A DNA stretch of 64,000 nucleotides, taken from NCBI GenBank assembly GCA_964353335.1, contig CAYGVI010000003.1, positions 419,694-483,693 on the forward strand, in the 5' to 3' direction. Source of the DNA: an uncultured Methanosarcinales archaeon. GTDB taxonomy: Archaea > Nanobdellota > Nanobdellia > Woesearchaeales > ARS49. Of the stretch, positions 1 to 10,311 are shown in pieces. Every line of letters begins with the position of its first letter. The stretch's first letter is position 1. The notes below the pieces were generated by a model. It did not search any database, was not told the DNA's origin, and worked only from the letters and a program-made list of their open reading frames with translations. A program made the translations under genes and the position numbers.

Positions 1-954
1 ACCGCCATAGCCCTGAATCCCAATCAGCGCTTTTTCCAGCGCCTTGTCAATCTGGATGTCAGCAGGAGCCCTTAATGAGCATCTTACTTCACCGCTTTTG
101 ATTCTTCCAAGCACAATAACCTTATCCTTGAACTTGTAAAGAAGCTCATTTGCAAGGTCTTTTGTCAGTGAAAGCTCGTCGTGAGAGTAAGTGTGCACCA
201 ATAATCTGTCTTTTGCAGGGTTTTGGAGTATTGTTTCAAGCATTTTTTCGTAAATGCTGTTGATGAAAGAATATTTTTTGTGGATTAATCTTCCTCGAGC
301 AGTTGTCTGCTTCAGGATTTCATCAGGATTGTCAAGCCTTGTGAGCACTTTGATGCTTTTGTTCACTTCTGAAGTCGGTCCTTTCAAATTGAATGAGAAA
401 ACCTTGACCATCTGCCCCAAAGGCGAGTTAAACAGGGCTTCCTGAACCTCTTTTATTTCAGGCAGAAGGAAGCCTGGCATTTGTTCCTGCAGTTCTTTTG
501 CGAATTTCGGCCAGTACCAGTCTCCGATTGAGCCTGTTGCCGCAATCCATAAGTCCTGAGGATTCTCTTCTCCGACTACCTGCCAGCAAAGAACTGGTGT
601 TGGAATATTGTCCCCGTTTATTCTCGGGTTGAAGTATTTCACGCCCTCCCTTTGCAATGGCGCATGGTGGTCAATCCAATAGATAGGAACTTTAACAGCA
701 TCTATGAATTCCTGGTCAACCATTGCGATGTCAAGGATAAAGACAGCGTCAGCGTCATATTCCTCAACTTTTCTCGCAAAGTCAGCAGTTATGTGCGGAA
801 ATGCCTTTACGCAGTATCCTTTTCCTTCCTTTACTTTCCTGTAGAAGAGCAAAAAGCTCGCAAGCCCATCAGGGTCGTCGTGGAAAAAGAAGATAGGATG
901 CTTGCAGTTCTCCAGTGCATCCTTTAACTGCAAGACTTCTTTTGGTGAAAGCAT
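1..954 (-). CDS. DHH-family phosphoesterase (RecJ/NrnA-like), 3' end runs off the window
   Basis: Not in ORF track; manual translation from ATG 954: MLSPKEVLQLKDALENCKHPIFFFHDDPDGLAS...FILDIA...WIDHH...GSIGD...SLR...QGYGG, matching DxDG, D, DHH and the start of the GGGH motif. Confidence 0.85.
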   Translation of the reverse strand, partial: MLSPKEVLQLKDALENCKHPIFFFHDDPDGLASFLLFYRKVKEGKGYCVKAFPHITADFARKVEEYDADAVFILDIAMVDQEFIDAVKVPIYWIDHHAPLQREGVKYFNPRINGDNIPTPVLCWQVVGEENPQDLWIAATGSIGDWYWPKFAKELQEQMPGFLLPEIKEVQEALFNSPLGQMVKVFSFNLKGPTSEVNKSIKVLTRLDNPDEILKQTTARGRLIHKKYSFINSIYEKMLETILQNPAKDRLLVHTYSHDELSLTKDLANELLYKFKDKVIVLGRIKSGEVRCSLRAPADIQIDKALEKALIGIQGYGG

Positions 955-1006
955 GCTTTTGCGTCCCCCCGCTACATTTAAAAATATATGCCTGTTTAGT
1001 CCTTTT

Positions 1007-1162
1007 ATGAGCGATATTTGCAAAGAATGCCAGTCATTCAAGGTTTTTGGCGAAAAATGCTGGTTTTACTGGGAGCGCAAGAAAACCTGCTCGCAGTTCA
1101 AGAAAACAGAAGACGATGAGCCACACTTCTTCTCTATTGATTTGCATCCGGTATTTCGCTGA
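1007..1162 (+). CDS. Small Cys-rich protein (51 aa), possible metal-binding
   Basis: ATG 1007 about 25 nt after TATA-like TTTAAAAATATA; CxxC...C...C pattern. Confidence 0.5.
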   Translation: MSDICKECQSFKVFGEKCWFYWERKKTCSQFKKTEDDEPHFFSIDLHPVFR

Positions 1163-1766
1163 CTGCTGACTTTACCAGCTTTTCCACATCAATTCCCTGC
1201 TCGTATTTTTCCACCTCTGCAATTCTTGACTTTGTTTTTGGGTGTTGTGCTATCATGAAGCTGCAGCAGTCCTCATAAGGCGCGTTTGAAATGTCCAGTG
1301 TGCCGAGTTCTTTTGCCATGTCCATTATTTCGCGCTTGTCCCTTCCTATTAACGGGTGCAAGACAGTGCTTTTTGTTGCAGAATAGATTGTTCTCATGTT
1401 CTCAATTGTCTGCGAAGCAACCTGGCCAATGCTGTCTCCTGTCACAAGCGCTTCTGCGCCTTCTTTTTCCCTTATTTTGTCTGCAATCCTGAACATCATC
1501 CGCCGATAAACAATCATCCTGTAATCAGCAGGAACTGCCTTGATTATTGCCATCTGGATGTCCTTGAAAGGAATCATAATCAATTTGACCTTGCCGTACT
1601 TGGACAGCTGTTCAGCAAGCCGTTCTATCTTGCTCTTTACCCCTTCCTGCTGGGGAGTCTGGTTGTAAAAATGCACAAGAACAACTTCAATGCCTTTCTT
1701 CAAGAACAAAGCTGCTGCTACAGGACTGTCAATCCCGCCGCTTAGCAATGCAACAATTTTCTTCAT
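1134..1766 (-). CDS. thiI: ThiI-like tRNA sulfurtransferase, PP-loop domain only
   Basis: LLSGGIDSPVAA PP-loop, TGDSIGQVASQT, PLIGRDK, YEDCC; no N-terminal THUMP domain. Confidence 0.8.
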   Translation of the reverse strand: MKKIVALLSGGIDSPVAAALFLKKGIEVVLVHFYNQTPQQEGVKSKIERLAEQLSKYGKVKLIMIPFKDIQMAIIKAVPADYRMIVYRRMMFRIADKIREKEGAEALVTGDSIGQVASQTIENMRTIYSATKSTVLHPLIGRDKREIMDMAKELGTLDISNAPYEDCCSFMIAQHPKTKSRIAEVEKYEQGIDVEKLVKSAVSEIPDANQ

Positions 1767-1820
1767 TCTCTTATTTGCAGTATCTAAATCCTTTTATTAA
1801 GCTCTCTATTCCTGCGGCAT

Positions 1821-3026
1821 ATGGGGCGGTGCATACATTGCAAGAGCTTGAAACATACTGAAGAGCAGTGTCCGCTCTATGCAAAAGCTCAGGCAAGGAT
1901 GAAAGTCACGCAAAAGCTTACTTCGCCTGAGTTTTTCGGAGCAGCGCCAAGCCCTTTTATCGGAAGGTTTGGCTATCCTGACGTTCAGGTCGGTATTCTA
2001 ACCCCTCCAGAAGAAAAAGAGCAGGCTTGGCTGCATGATGCTCCTAATTATTGGTCTTTTTCTGACTACAATATCCCTCAGATTGTTGATTTGCGCTCTG
2101 CTTTGGTCAATTCCAGATTCAGGGCGAATGTGAAATCACACCAGCACCAGTGGCTTGAGCTTGTTCAGGAGGTTGGAATGGCTTCGCGCCCTGTTGAAGT
2201 TGAATTATCACTGAAAGATATTCCCAAATTCAGGCTGCAGGCAGACGCTTACACCGCTCCAATGGGTCCAAATGCAGAACTTACAAAGGCAAAAATCACA
2301 AGCAACCCGAAAATTCCTACAAAAGTTGAAAAGGTTGTTTCTGACATTGATTTGAAGGCAGGGGAAGCGCTTACATCGCTATACGAGAAGGGCATTGGGG
2401 AAAATGCTCTTAGCAAGCTCTTGAGCACAGGAGTCCTTGGCGTTGGCGAGCAGAGAAAACTCGTGCCAACCAGATGGAGCATTACCGCAACAGATGATCT
2501 GCTCGGCAAGCACATCATTGAAGAAATCAAGGATTACCAGTTCGCAGACTATTCAGCATACTTCGGACACTATCTCGGAAACTATTATTTGCTGTTATTC
2601 TTCCCTGATGCATGGAGTTATGAATTATTTGAAGTCTATCTTCCCGGCGACAAAACACAGTGCTCAACAGATTATGAGCCTTTTGGAGGCAGAAAGGAAT
2701 ATGCCTTTGACACAACAGGCGGGTATTACACAGTTCGTTTGGCAATTGCAGAAAAATTAAGAGATATCAAGCGCCAGGCCAGTGTTTTGGCATTGAGATT
2801 CATAACAGACGAGTACACTTTGCCTTTGGGAGTGTGGGTTACAAGGGAAGCTTCAAGAAAATCCGCCCAAAGCAAGCCAATAACATTTGCAAGCAAGGAA
2901 TTATTGCTCCAATACGCAAGAATTTTCGTGAAAAGGCACTTTAATTATGACGCAGACTTCCTTTTAACCAAGAGCAAGCTGCTGAAAAACCTCGGAAAGC
3001 AGCAAAGATTATCCTCTTTCATCTAA
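1821..3026 (+). CDS. nreA: Nre-family PCNA-interacting DNA repair protein
   Basis: N-terminal CxxC, FIGRFGYPDV, RKLVPTRWSITATD, GGYY, PLGVWVTRE and C-terminal PIP-box-like QQRLSSFI. Confidence 0.85.
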   Translation: MGRCIHCKSLKHTEEQCPLYAKAQARMKVTQKLTSPEFFGAAPSPFIGRFGYPDVQVGILTPPEEKEQAWLHDAPNYWSFSDYNIPQIVDLRSALVNSRFRANVKSHQHQWLELVQEVGMASRPVEVELSLKDIPKFRLQADAYTAPMGPNAELTKAKITSNPKIPTKVEKVVSDIDLKAGEALTSLYEKGIGENALSKLLSTGVLGVGEQRKLVPTRWSITATDDLLGKHIIEEIKDYQFADYSAYFGHYLGNYYLLLFFPDAWSYELFEVYLPGDKTQCSTDYEPFGGRKEYAFDTTGGYYTVRLAIAEKLRDIKRQASVLALRFITDEYTLPLGVWVTREASRKSAQSKPITFASKELLLQYARIFVKRHFNYDADFLLTKSKLLKNLGKQQRLSSFI

Positions 3027-3059
3027 ATTCTTATAAACCCCTGAATTACAGGTTAGAAT

Positions 3060-3764
3060 ATGGCTGATTTTGCCCACATTGTTGCTGATTTGAAGAAAGC
3101 GATTGAAAGCGCACGCAAGGAAAGCATTTCTTTGGCTCCTGAAAAAGCAAGCGGGTTCAAGGATTTCACAGCACAAAGGCGCGAACAGCTGAGAAGGACT
3201 ATTTTTGCAGGATTAAGCACACTCACAAATGAATCAGCAGGCGTTCTTCAGGGCAAAGCAAGCAAAATAATTCAGGAAATGCAGATTATGCAGGATTTGG
3301 AAAAGCTTGACAAGCTCGCTGACGAACTTCTCACGCTTGTTGCAGATGATGACTCGCCCCAAAGCGCGTTAATGCTGAAAAAGCCAAGGGTTCCTTTTGA
3401 AATTCACGATGAAATCCAGGCAGACATCCAGGAAATACACCGCTGCATGGAAAACCAGTGCTTCAGGTCTGCAGTTATCCTGTGCGGCAGGGTTCTTGAA
3501 ACAGCACTGCACCGCAAATACTTTGACGTAACAAAAAATGATTTATTGGAAAAATCACCAGGAATGGGTCTTGGCAATTTAGTAGCAAAGCTTTCAGAAC
3601 AGGGAGTCTTGCTTGACCCTGGTCTTGGAAACCAAATTCATCTAATCAACCAGGTCAGAATCCACAGCGTTCACCAGAAGCAGGACGCATTCAAGCCCTC
3701 AGAAGCCCAAGCTCAGGCAATAGTCTTGTACACGATTGATGTCTTGCAGAAATTATTCGCCTAA
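3060..3764 (+). CDS. Hypothetical protein with C-terminal DUF4145/HEPN-like domain
   Basis: FRSAVILCGRVLE...LGNL...RIHSVH (Rx4H) pattern. Confidence 0.6.
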   Translation: MADFAHIVADLKKAIESARKESISLAPEKASGFKDFTAQRREQLRRTIFAGLSTLTNESAGVLQGKASKIIQEMQIMQDLEKLDKLADELLTLVADDDSPQSALMLKKPRVPFEIHDEIQADIQEIHRCMENQCFRSAVILCGRVLETALHRKYFDVTKNDLLEKSPGMGLGNLVAKLSEQGVLLDPGLGNQIHLINQVRIHSVHQKQDAFKPSEAQAQAIVLYTIDVLQKLFA

Positions 3765-6284
3765 TTTCTTAAATTCATCAAGGTCTTTCCTGAACCGTTC
3801 TATTGTTTTTCCAATGAATTCAGGCTGTGTCTGAAGAATTTCAGATGTTTTTGCAACAACATCGCCTTCGTATTCATCTTTGGAAACAAGGGCAAACCAG
3901 TCTGAGTTAATTGGCTGCTTCTTAGACGCTGCCTTTCGCGCTTTTTTCCATTTTTCAAACAATTCCTGAGCTCTTCCAGGCACTTGTGATGGTTTGCAGT
4001 CCAAAATCTTTGCAATTTCAGACGCCCTGTCTTTTTCCTGTGAAATTACTTTCTTCGCAGCCTCGCCAGCAGCAAAATAAAGCCTTACAACACCGTCTTG
4101 CACCTTGTTTGTCTTGAGAATCTTGATTTGCTCTGCTTCAGAGGTGTTGTTCAGGTGAGTTCCTCCGCAGGCTTCAACATCAACTCCCTTGATTTCAACA
4201 ATCCTTAACTGTTTTCCTGGTACTGCGCCGCCCTGATAGATTGCAACTCCGTATTTCCGCTCAGCTTCTTCGCGGGCAACAAGCATTTTGATGACTTCTG
4301 CCTTCTTTTTGATGATTTTGTTTGCCTCTTCCTCAATGCGCGATAATTCCTCGTCGGAAACTGTCTGATAATGAGTGATGTCCAAATATGCCTTGTCAAT
4401 GTCTTTTTTCGCGCTTGCCTGGTTGCAGTGCGGTCCAAGAACGCGCCTTGCAGCTGCATTTACAATGTGCGTGCTTGTGTGGTGCTGTGAGAGCTGTTTC
4501 CTGCGGCTCAAATCCACCATTCCCTTGACTGTGTCTCCTTCCTTGAAGTCTGGCTTTTCAGCAAGAACGTGAACAATTACCCCGCCCTGCTTGAAAGCGT
4601 CAACAACATGGCCTTTGTTAAGTGTTCCGTGGTCAGCTACCTGGCCGCCAGACACAGGATAAAAGTCAGTCTTGTCCAAAACAACATTGTTTCCGATAAT
4701 CTTGAGCACTTTTGCAGAAAACTCTTTTGGCTTCCAGTCGCCCCAGTAAAGGATTTCTGTGTCAGGAATATCGTCGAGGTCAAGCTTTTCCTCTCTTTCA
4801 GTTTGTGTTTCCTGCTCTTTCTTGTCGCCTTCATGCAGTTTTGCAACCATTGAATAGAAATTCTTTGGGAAATTGACTTTTTTGCCCTGCTTTGCAGCTT
4901 CCTCAGCAACAAGTTCAGGCGCAATTCCCTGGCTGTCATAGAGCTCAATCAGTTCTTTTGTTGTAAGTTCCTTTGCAGCAATCTTTGCGAGCATTGCCTT
5001 TGTCTTTTCCTGTGTTGCCTTGTACCTTAATTTCTCAACTTCAATGATTTTGCGGACATTTGGCAATTGCTCAGACAATTCCGGGAACAATGGCTTTAAT
5101 TCTGAGGCGTGCCAGTCGCACACATCGCAAAGGTCAACCTTCCAGTTGTACTTGTCAATAAATCCGAGAGACCTGCGAAGAATAACCCTGAGGTTGTACA
5201 TTCCGCCAACATTGCTTGGCAAAGCGCCGTCAGTGAGCGCAATCAATAATGCCCTTGCATGTTCTGCGATTGCATAAACCGCGGCAATAGGCTCAACGCG
5301 CGTCCTTAACTCAGTTACATCAATTCCGATTTTGGATGCAACCTCTTTCCAGGCTTTGTCAAGGTCAGCGACTTCTCCAACATTAAGATACGGAGTCAAT
5401 GGCAAAAACTTTTTCATCAGTTCCTGGTCTATTTTCACCCCAGTTGCCTTTGTTAATTTCTTCAAAACTTCTGGGAATGTTGCGTCATAGGCAGTTGCTG
5501 TTCCCTGTGTGAACCAGGCAGCGCGTTCCTGCCCCTGCCCCATGTCAAGCACTTTAATCGAAAGTTCCTTGCTTCCAGTCGGAGTTGCTTCATACTGCAT
5601 GTAGACCTGGTTGCTTATTTCCAAGCCGTGTGAGAAGAATTCCATGCAGGGTCCGAAGTTTCCTCCTCCTGCCCAGCCGTCTTCGTGTATTGTCAAATCC
5701 TCGAGCTTAAGGCCCATTCCTTCTGTGAGCCAGGTGATGTGGTGGCTTATGTACTTGTTTATGTCATAGTCTTTTGGAGCGAAAAAGCCGTGCTGCCCCA
5801 TCATTACGAAGCAGACAAAGTGCCCTGTTATTCCGACATTGTCAATATCGCCGAATCTCAATGAAAACTGTGGTATTACCAGCGGGTTTGCAGGTGGCTT
5901 TACCTCTCCTGAAACAACATATGGCTGGAATGCAGCTATGCTCGCAATGGTGAACTCCGTGGTAGGATTCCATCTGGCGACCACTGGATAGCGTTTTATC
6001 GGAGTATAGCCCAGCTTGCTGTATACCTCTGCAAACTTCTCCCAGACGCCAATATAGCTTAATTTGTGCCCTTGTGGCTTTCCTATGAACCTGAAGCCGC
6101 CAGAACACGCAGGGTCTCCGCATACCTTTTGCTCGGGGTGTAAAGTCCAGAAGTTTCTCTTGCACTTTGTGCAGCTGTGCCTTCCAAAGCCAAGCTCCTT
6201 CAAAGTCTTTGTCGGAAAATACTTGTCAGGGCTTGCGCTTGCTGTTTTCTTGAACTTGTCCTTCAGCTCTGCATCTGTTGGCAT
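3753..6284 (-). CDS. alaS: Alanine--tRNA ligase, archaeal type
   Basis: YPVVARW, FTIASIAAFQP, WAGGGNFGP, editing motifs HTSTH and CGGTH. Confidence 0.97.
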   Translation of the reverse strand: MPTDAELKDKFKKTASASPDKYFPTKTLKELGFGRHSCTKCKRNFWTLHPEQKVCGDPACSGGFRFIGKPQGHKLSYIGVWEKFAEVYSKLGYTPIKRYPVVARWNPTTEFTIASIAAFQPYVVSGEVKPPANPLVIPQFSLRFGDIDNVGITGHFVCFVMMGQHGFFAPKDYDINKYISHHITWLTEGMGLKLEDLTIHEDGWAGGGNFGPCMEFFSHGLEISNQVYMQYEATPTGSKELSIKVLDMGQGQERAAWFTQGTATAYDATFPEVLKKLTKATGVKIDQELMKKFLPLTPYLNVGEVADLDKAWKEVASKIGIDVTELRTRVEPIAAVYAIAEHARALLIALTDGALPSNVGGMYNLRVILRRSLGFIDKYNWKVDLCDVCDWHASELKPLFPELSEQLPNVRKIIEVEKLRYKATQEKTKAMLAKIAAKELTTKELIELYDSQGIAPELVAEEAAKQGKKVNFPKNFYSMVAKLHEGDKKEQETQTEREEKLDLDDIPDTEILYWGDWKPKEFSAKVLKIIGNNVVLDKTDFYPVSGGQVADHGTLNKGHVVDAFKQGGVIVHVLAEKPDFKEGDTVKGMVDLSRRKQLSQHHTSTHIVNAAARRVLGPHCNQASAKKDIDKAYLDITHYQTVSDEELSRIEEEANKIIKKKAEVIKMLVAREEAERKYGVAIYQGGAVPGKQLRIVEIKGVDVEACGGTHLNNTSEAEQIKILKTNKVQDGVVRLYFAAGEAAKKVISQEKDRASEIAKILDCKPSQVPGRAQELFEKWKKARKAASKKQPINSDWFALVSKDEYEGDVVAKTSEILQTQPEFIGKTIERFRKDLDEFKKLGE

Positions 6285-6344
6285 AACGACGATTGGAGAA
6301 CGTGACAGGTTTATTAAGCTTATTGGGAAGTATGTTAGAGAAGG

Positions 6345-6722
6345 TCAAATGCCCATAATGCGCTTGAATTCTGCAATTTGCCCAGTAAGTCCGAGGTCTT
6401 TAGAAACATATTCGACTTTCTTTTCCCTGGCAGTTGCTTCTGCCTTATTGTCTGCAGAAGTAATTGCTATCTTGGCGTCTGGATGGTATTTTCTTATGAG
6501 GTCTATTGCTTCAGGCGCCAGGTAAAGAATTCGGTCTCCATCTTCGTGTGGAAAATTGCCATCAACAGCAAAAAGCTGCGCATTACAATCTTTTAGCGCA
6601 TCTTCCAGTGATTTAAGGCAGGATACGCCCATAAATGTCAGTGAATTACGCCTTATGTCCCCCTCGGCAAAGCTGAGGACATCTGGGTCATCCTCCACCA
6701 TTATTATGTCATAGTTTGGCAT
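6345..6722 (-). CDS. Single-domain response-regulator receiver (CheY-like)
   Basis: IIMVEDD, phosphoacceptor-position D (AVDGN), ITS and SK at expected spacing. Confidence 0.7.
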   Translation of the reverse strand: MPNYDIIMVEDDPDVLSFAEGDIRRNSLTFMGVSCLKSLEDALKDCNAQLFAVDGNFPHEDGDRILYLAPEAIDLIRKYHPDAKIAITSADNKAEATAREKKVEYVSKDLGLTGQIAEFKRIMGI

Positions 6723-6761
6723 CGGGTCGATATTTAGACGCTGTTTATTAAGCTTATTCCA

Positions 6762-7082
6762 TTAGTCAGTGTAGAGCGGGTCGTCGCTTCTTACAACCTG
6801 GTGGGTGGGTGTGTTTTGCTTCTTTGGCGCAGTGTTAGTTACTGTGCGTGCCAGTGCTTTTGCAAAAGAAAGATTGCCGCAGTTTATGCAATTGAAATAC
6901 ACACCCCAGTCGCCTTGTTTTAATTCAAGCCAGCTGCCGCACATGCACTTCATGTCAGGAAGTTTTTCCTTGTTATGGGCGTTGCAGGTCGGCACACCCT
7001 GCATATTCTGCGTTATGGCTGGCTTTTTGCAGAATGGGCAGTCCATCCTCTTTGATTCGCCATATCGCTTTGGGATGAACAT
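6762..7082 (-). CDS. Small zinc-ribbon protein
   Basis: CPFC, CxxH, CMCG, G.WG.YFNCINCG. Confidence 0.65.
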   Translation of the reverse strand: MFIPKRYGESKRMDCPFCKKPAITQNMQGVPTCNAHNKEKLPDMKCMCGSWLELKQGDWGVYFNCINCGNLSFAKALARTVTNTAPKKQNTPTHQVVRSDDPLYTD

Positions 7083-7155
7083 AACCGCGCGATAACTTGC
7101 AGGCTATAAAACAGTTGCGTCTCCGCTAGGAGCGCTTCAATATGAACAAATTAAA

Positions 7156-7221
7156 TGTCGGAAACCTATGGTTTTCGAGCATGCTCAAGAACCACATAGC
7201 TGAAGCTAGTGGTTCTTGACA
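7156..7221 (-). repeat. Cruciform palindromic element, copy 1
   Basis: Reverse strand reads TGTC-AAGAACCAC...GTGGTTCTT-GAGCATGCTC-GAAAACC-ATA-GGTTTCC-GACA; same skeleton as 29106 and 62883. Confidence 0.85.
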
Positions 7222-7249
7222 AAAAAAGAAAGAGATAAAAAATAAAAAT

Positions 7250-8221
7250 TTACTCAGGCTGTTCGTTGCTTGAGCCCATCTTGGTAAAGCCGATTATGAG
7301 GCCGATTACAACCAAGAGTGCGACAAGGCACAACAGGATGACTTCCAAAGCCTTGCGGACTCCGCTTGTCTTTGGAACTGCGTCAACTGTGTTGTTCACA
7401 ACAGGCGGTGGCAGCTGTACTGTAGCAGTTTCCTTTTCCTGGTTGCAGGTTGGGTCTTCTGTTACTTCCATCTGTCCCTCGACGCCTGTCTTGCTGAAGC
7501 CGTCGTTGTATGCGACCTGAATGTTCATGTCGTAAACACCTGGCTTTGCGCACTTGGGAACGCGCAGGTAGAGCTCTTCAGTCTCCTTGTCCTCGTCATA
7601 CTCTATCTGATCTATGTAGTCAGATGCAGAGATTCCGAGGTCTGGAACCGAAACAGTCACCTTAACGTCTTCCTCGTCCTTCTCGCCGTAGTTGAAGACG
7701 CGCACAGTGGTCAGCAATGCCTGGCCTGCCTGAACGTGCCTTGAAGGCGTGAAGATTGCGTCAACGACCTGGAGGTCGTGGCGTGGAACATCCATCTTAA
7801 CGTTGTAGTTTTCGAATACTTCCTTTCCGTCGCGGTCAGTCACAACAACACGCACCTTGTAATTGTCCTCTTTAACCAGGTCGGGGAAGGTTATGTAGAG
7901 GGTCTTGCGGTATGTGACACCGGAGTCCATATCAAATGGTCCGACATTGTCAGAAAGTGTAAGATCCGTGCTGTGCTCAAATCCAGACACAAAGACCTGG
8001 ACTTCAACATCATCCACGTCTTCAGCTGCTTCGAGCGTGACTTCGAACTTGACCTTGCTGTCCCTGAGGACATCCAGGCGGTTGTTCTGGTCTGCGGATA
8101 TTGCGTGGTCGTCAAGCTCCACCCGAGTTATGTTAACCGGGATTGCGGCAACGGCACCGACCAGTGCCAATGCGCAGAGGAGCACAATTCCAAACATTCC
8201 AAATGCTTTGTGCGTGTTCAT
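7250..8221 (-). CDS. Exported Ig-like/CARDB-type surface protein with C-terminal membrane anchor
   Basis: Signal peptide, acidic beta-rich body (VRVFNYGEKDEEDVKVTVSVPDLG), C-terminal TM helix. Confidence 0.7.
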   Translation of the reverse strand: MNTHKAFGMFGIVLLCALALVGAVAAIPVNITRVELDDHAISADQNNRLDVLRDSKVKFEVTLEAAEDVDDVEVQVFVSGFEHSTDLTLSDNVGPFDMDSGVTYRKTLYITFPDLVKEDNYKVRVVVTDRDGKEVFENYNVKMDVPRHDLQVVDAIFTPSRHVQAGQALLTTVRVFNYGEKDEEDVKVTVSVPDLGISASDYIDQIEYDEDKETEELYLRVPKCAKPGVYDMNIQVAYNDGFSKTGVEGQMEVTEDPTCNQEKETATVQLPPPVVNNTVDAVPKTSGVRKALEVILLCLVALLVVIGLIIGFTKMGSSNEQPE

Positions 8222-8556
8222 TTTTGTATTAACCCCCGACTTTAATTAGCGTGAAAAACGCTTTTGTTACCCCCAGTTAATAGTGACCTATTTATAAAGC
8301 TTCGTATCTACAACCATTATATAGTAGTAAAAACACAGGTATTAGACAAATGCCGCAATAAGGGCGCCCTACGGTCGCAGAGACCAACCATAGTGAAAGA
8401 ACTTCTCCTTATCGTTCTGTCTCTGGCGCGGTACGCGCCCGTTATTTGTAGTATCTGTTTTCTCTATGTGGTTGCGCCCGTTATTTGTATTCGTTTTTGT
8501 CGCAGTGTGCTTCCAGAGCAACTACATTTTTAAACACCGTGAAATGCCCATAATGT

Positions 8557-10311
8557 ATGATGCGACAGCCGATTGTGGCGATTATGGGCCACGTGGACCA
8601 CGGTAAAACCCTGCTTCAGGACAAGATTCGAGGTAGTGCAATCGCTGCAAGGGAAGCAGGCGGAATCACCCAGGCAATCGGAGCATCAATTATTCCATTG
8701 CAGACTATCCAGACGGTGTGCGGTCCTTTGCTTGAAGCTATGAAGCTCAAGGTTACAATTCCAGGGCTATTATTCATTGACACCCCTGGCCACGCTGCAT
8801 TCACAAACCTCAGGCGCAGAGGCGGTAACCTTGCTGACATCGCTGTTCTCGTGATTAACGTTATGGAGGGCTTTATGCCCCAGACTCTTGAGTGCGTTGA
8901 CATTCTGAAGCACTACAAGACACCTTTTATCATTGCAGCAAACAAGATTGACCTTATTTCAAGATGGCGCCCTGCTGTTAGCAAGCCTTTATTGCAGAAC
9001 ATCAAAGAGCAGGAGCCAGAAGCCCAGCGCATCCTTGACACAAAAATCTATGAAATCGTCGGCAAGATTTTCGAGCTTGGCTTTGAGTCAGAAAGATATG
9101 ACCGTGTTGACGACTACACAAAGCAGATAGCGATTGTTCCGACTTCTGCGATTACAGGCGAGGGAATCCCGGAATTGCTCGTTATGCTTACCGGTCTTGC
9201 GCAGAAATTCCTTGAAAAAGGCTTGAAAATGACAGAAAGCGGGCCTGCACAGGGAACAGTAATTGAGGTAAAGGAAGACAAGGGTTTGGGCAAGACAATG
9301 GACGCTATCCTTTACGACGGCTCATTAAAGGTCAACGACACTATTGTCATTGGCGGCCTTGAGGGTCCTATTGTAACAAGGGTAAAAGCATTGTTCACCC
9401 CTGCGCCTTTGCAGGAATTGAGGGAGAAAAAGACAAAGTTCACGTCGACAAAAGAGGTTGTTGCTGCAACAGGAGTCAAGATTGTAGCGCCTGAAACAGA
9501 AAATGTTGTCTCAGGAATGCCAATCATAGGAAACCCTGCGAACCTTGAGGAAGCAAAGGCAAAAGTCCAGCAGGAAGTTGAAAAAGTAATAATAGAGACA
9601 GGAAAAGAGGGAGTAATCATCAAGGCAGACTCTCTTGGCTCGCTGGAAGCTCTAATCACTCTTCTTACGGAAGCGAACATTCCAGTGATGCGCGCAGGCA
9701 TAGGTCCTGTCACAAAGAAAGACATTACTGACGCGTCATCTAATATAGCGAAAGACCCATTGCTTGGAGTCATCCTCGGCTTTAACATTCCGCAGCCAGA
9801 AGGCGTTCCTGAAAGTGTTTCTGTCCTCACAAACACAGTCATTTACCGTCTTATCGAGGACTACCAGAAATGGGCAGAGCACAAGAAGAAATCAATAGAG
9901 CTTTCAGCGCTTGATTTGCTCATAAAGCCGTGCAAGATTGAAATTCTCAAGGGCTATGTTTTCAGGCAGAGCAATCCTGCTGTCTGCGGAGTCCACGTCC
10001 AGGCAGGCACCCTGAAGACAGGAACTCCCTTGATGACTCATGAAGGCCGCGAATTAACAGTTGTCAAGGGTTTGCAGCAGGAGCAGGAAAACATTGAGAA
10101 GGCAGAGAAAGGAAAACAGGTCGCTGCCTCGCTGCCGCACGTCATAATCGGCCGCCAGCTTCACGAGGGGGATATATTATACTCAGCAATTCCAGAGGAG
10201 CACTACAGGAAATACAAGGAGTTCAAGGAATACCTCACACACGACGAAAAAGAGCTCCTCAAGGAAATCGGCCAAATCATGAGAAAAACTAATCCGGTTT
10301 GGGGCGTATGA
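8557..10311 (+). CDS. infB: Translation initiation factor aIF5B (IF-2)
   Basis: RQPIVAIMGHVDHGKT, GGITQ, DTPGHAAF, NKID. Confidence 0.97.
   Translation: MMRQPIVAIMGHVDHGKTLLQDKIRGSAIAAREAGGITQAIGASIIPLQTIQTVCGPLLEAMKLKVTIPGLLFIDTPGHAAFTNLRRRGGNLADIAVLVINVMEGFMPQTLECVDILKHYKTPFIIAANKIDLISRWRPAVSKPLLQNIKEQEPEAQRILDTKIYEIVGKIFELGFESERYDRVDDYTKQIAIVPTSAITGEGIPELLVMLTGLAQKFLEKGLKMTESGPAQGTVIEVKEDKGLGKTMDAILYDGSLKVNDTIVIGGLEGPIVTRVKALFTPAPLQELREKKTKFTSTKEVVAATGVKIVAPETENVVSGMPIIGNPANLEEAKAKVQQEVEKVIIETGKEGVIIKADSLGSLEALITLLTEANIPVMRAGIGPVTKKDITDASSNIAKDPLLGVILGFNIPQPEGVPESVSVLTNTVIYRLIEDYQKWAEHKKKSIELSALDLLIKPCKIEILKGYVFRQSNPAVCGVHVQAGTLKTGTPLMTHEGRELTVVKGLQQEQENIEKAEKGKQVAASLPHVIIGRQLHEGDILYSAIPEEHYRKYKEFKEYLTHDEKELLKEIGQIMRKTNPVWGV

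Noticed and set aside
8264..8533. 89-aa ORF before infB
   Set aside because: TTG start, overlaps promoter-like TATA elements and repeats; probably non-coding.
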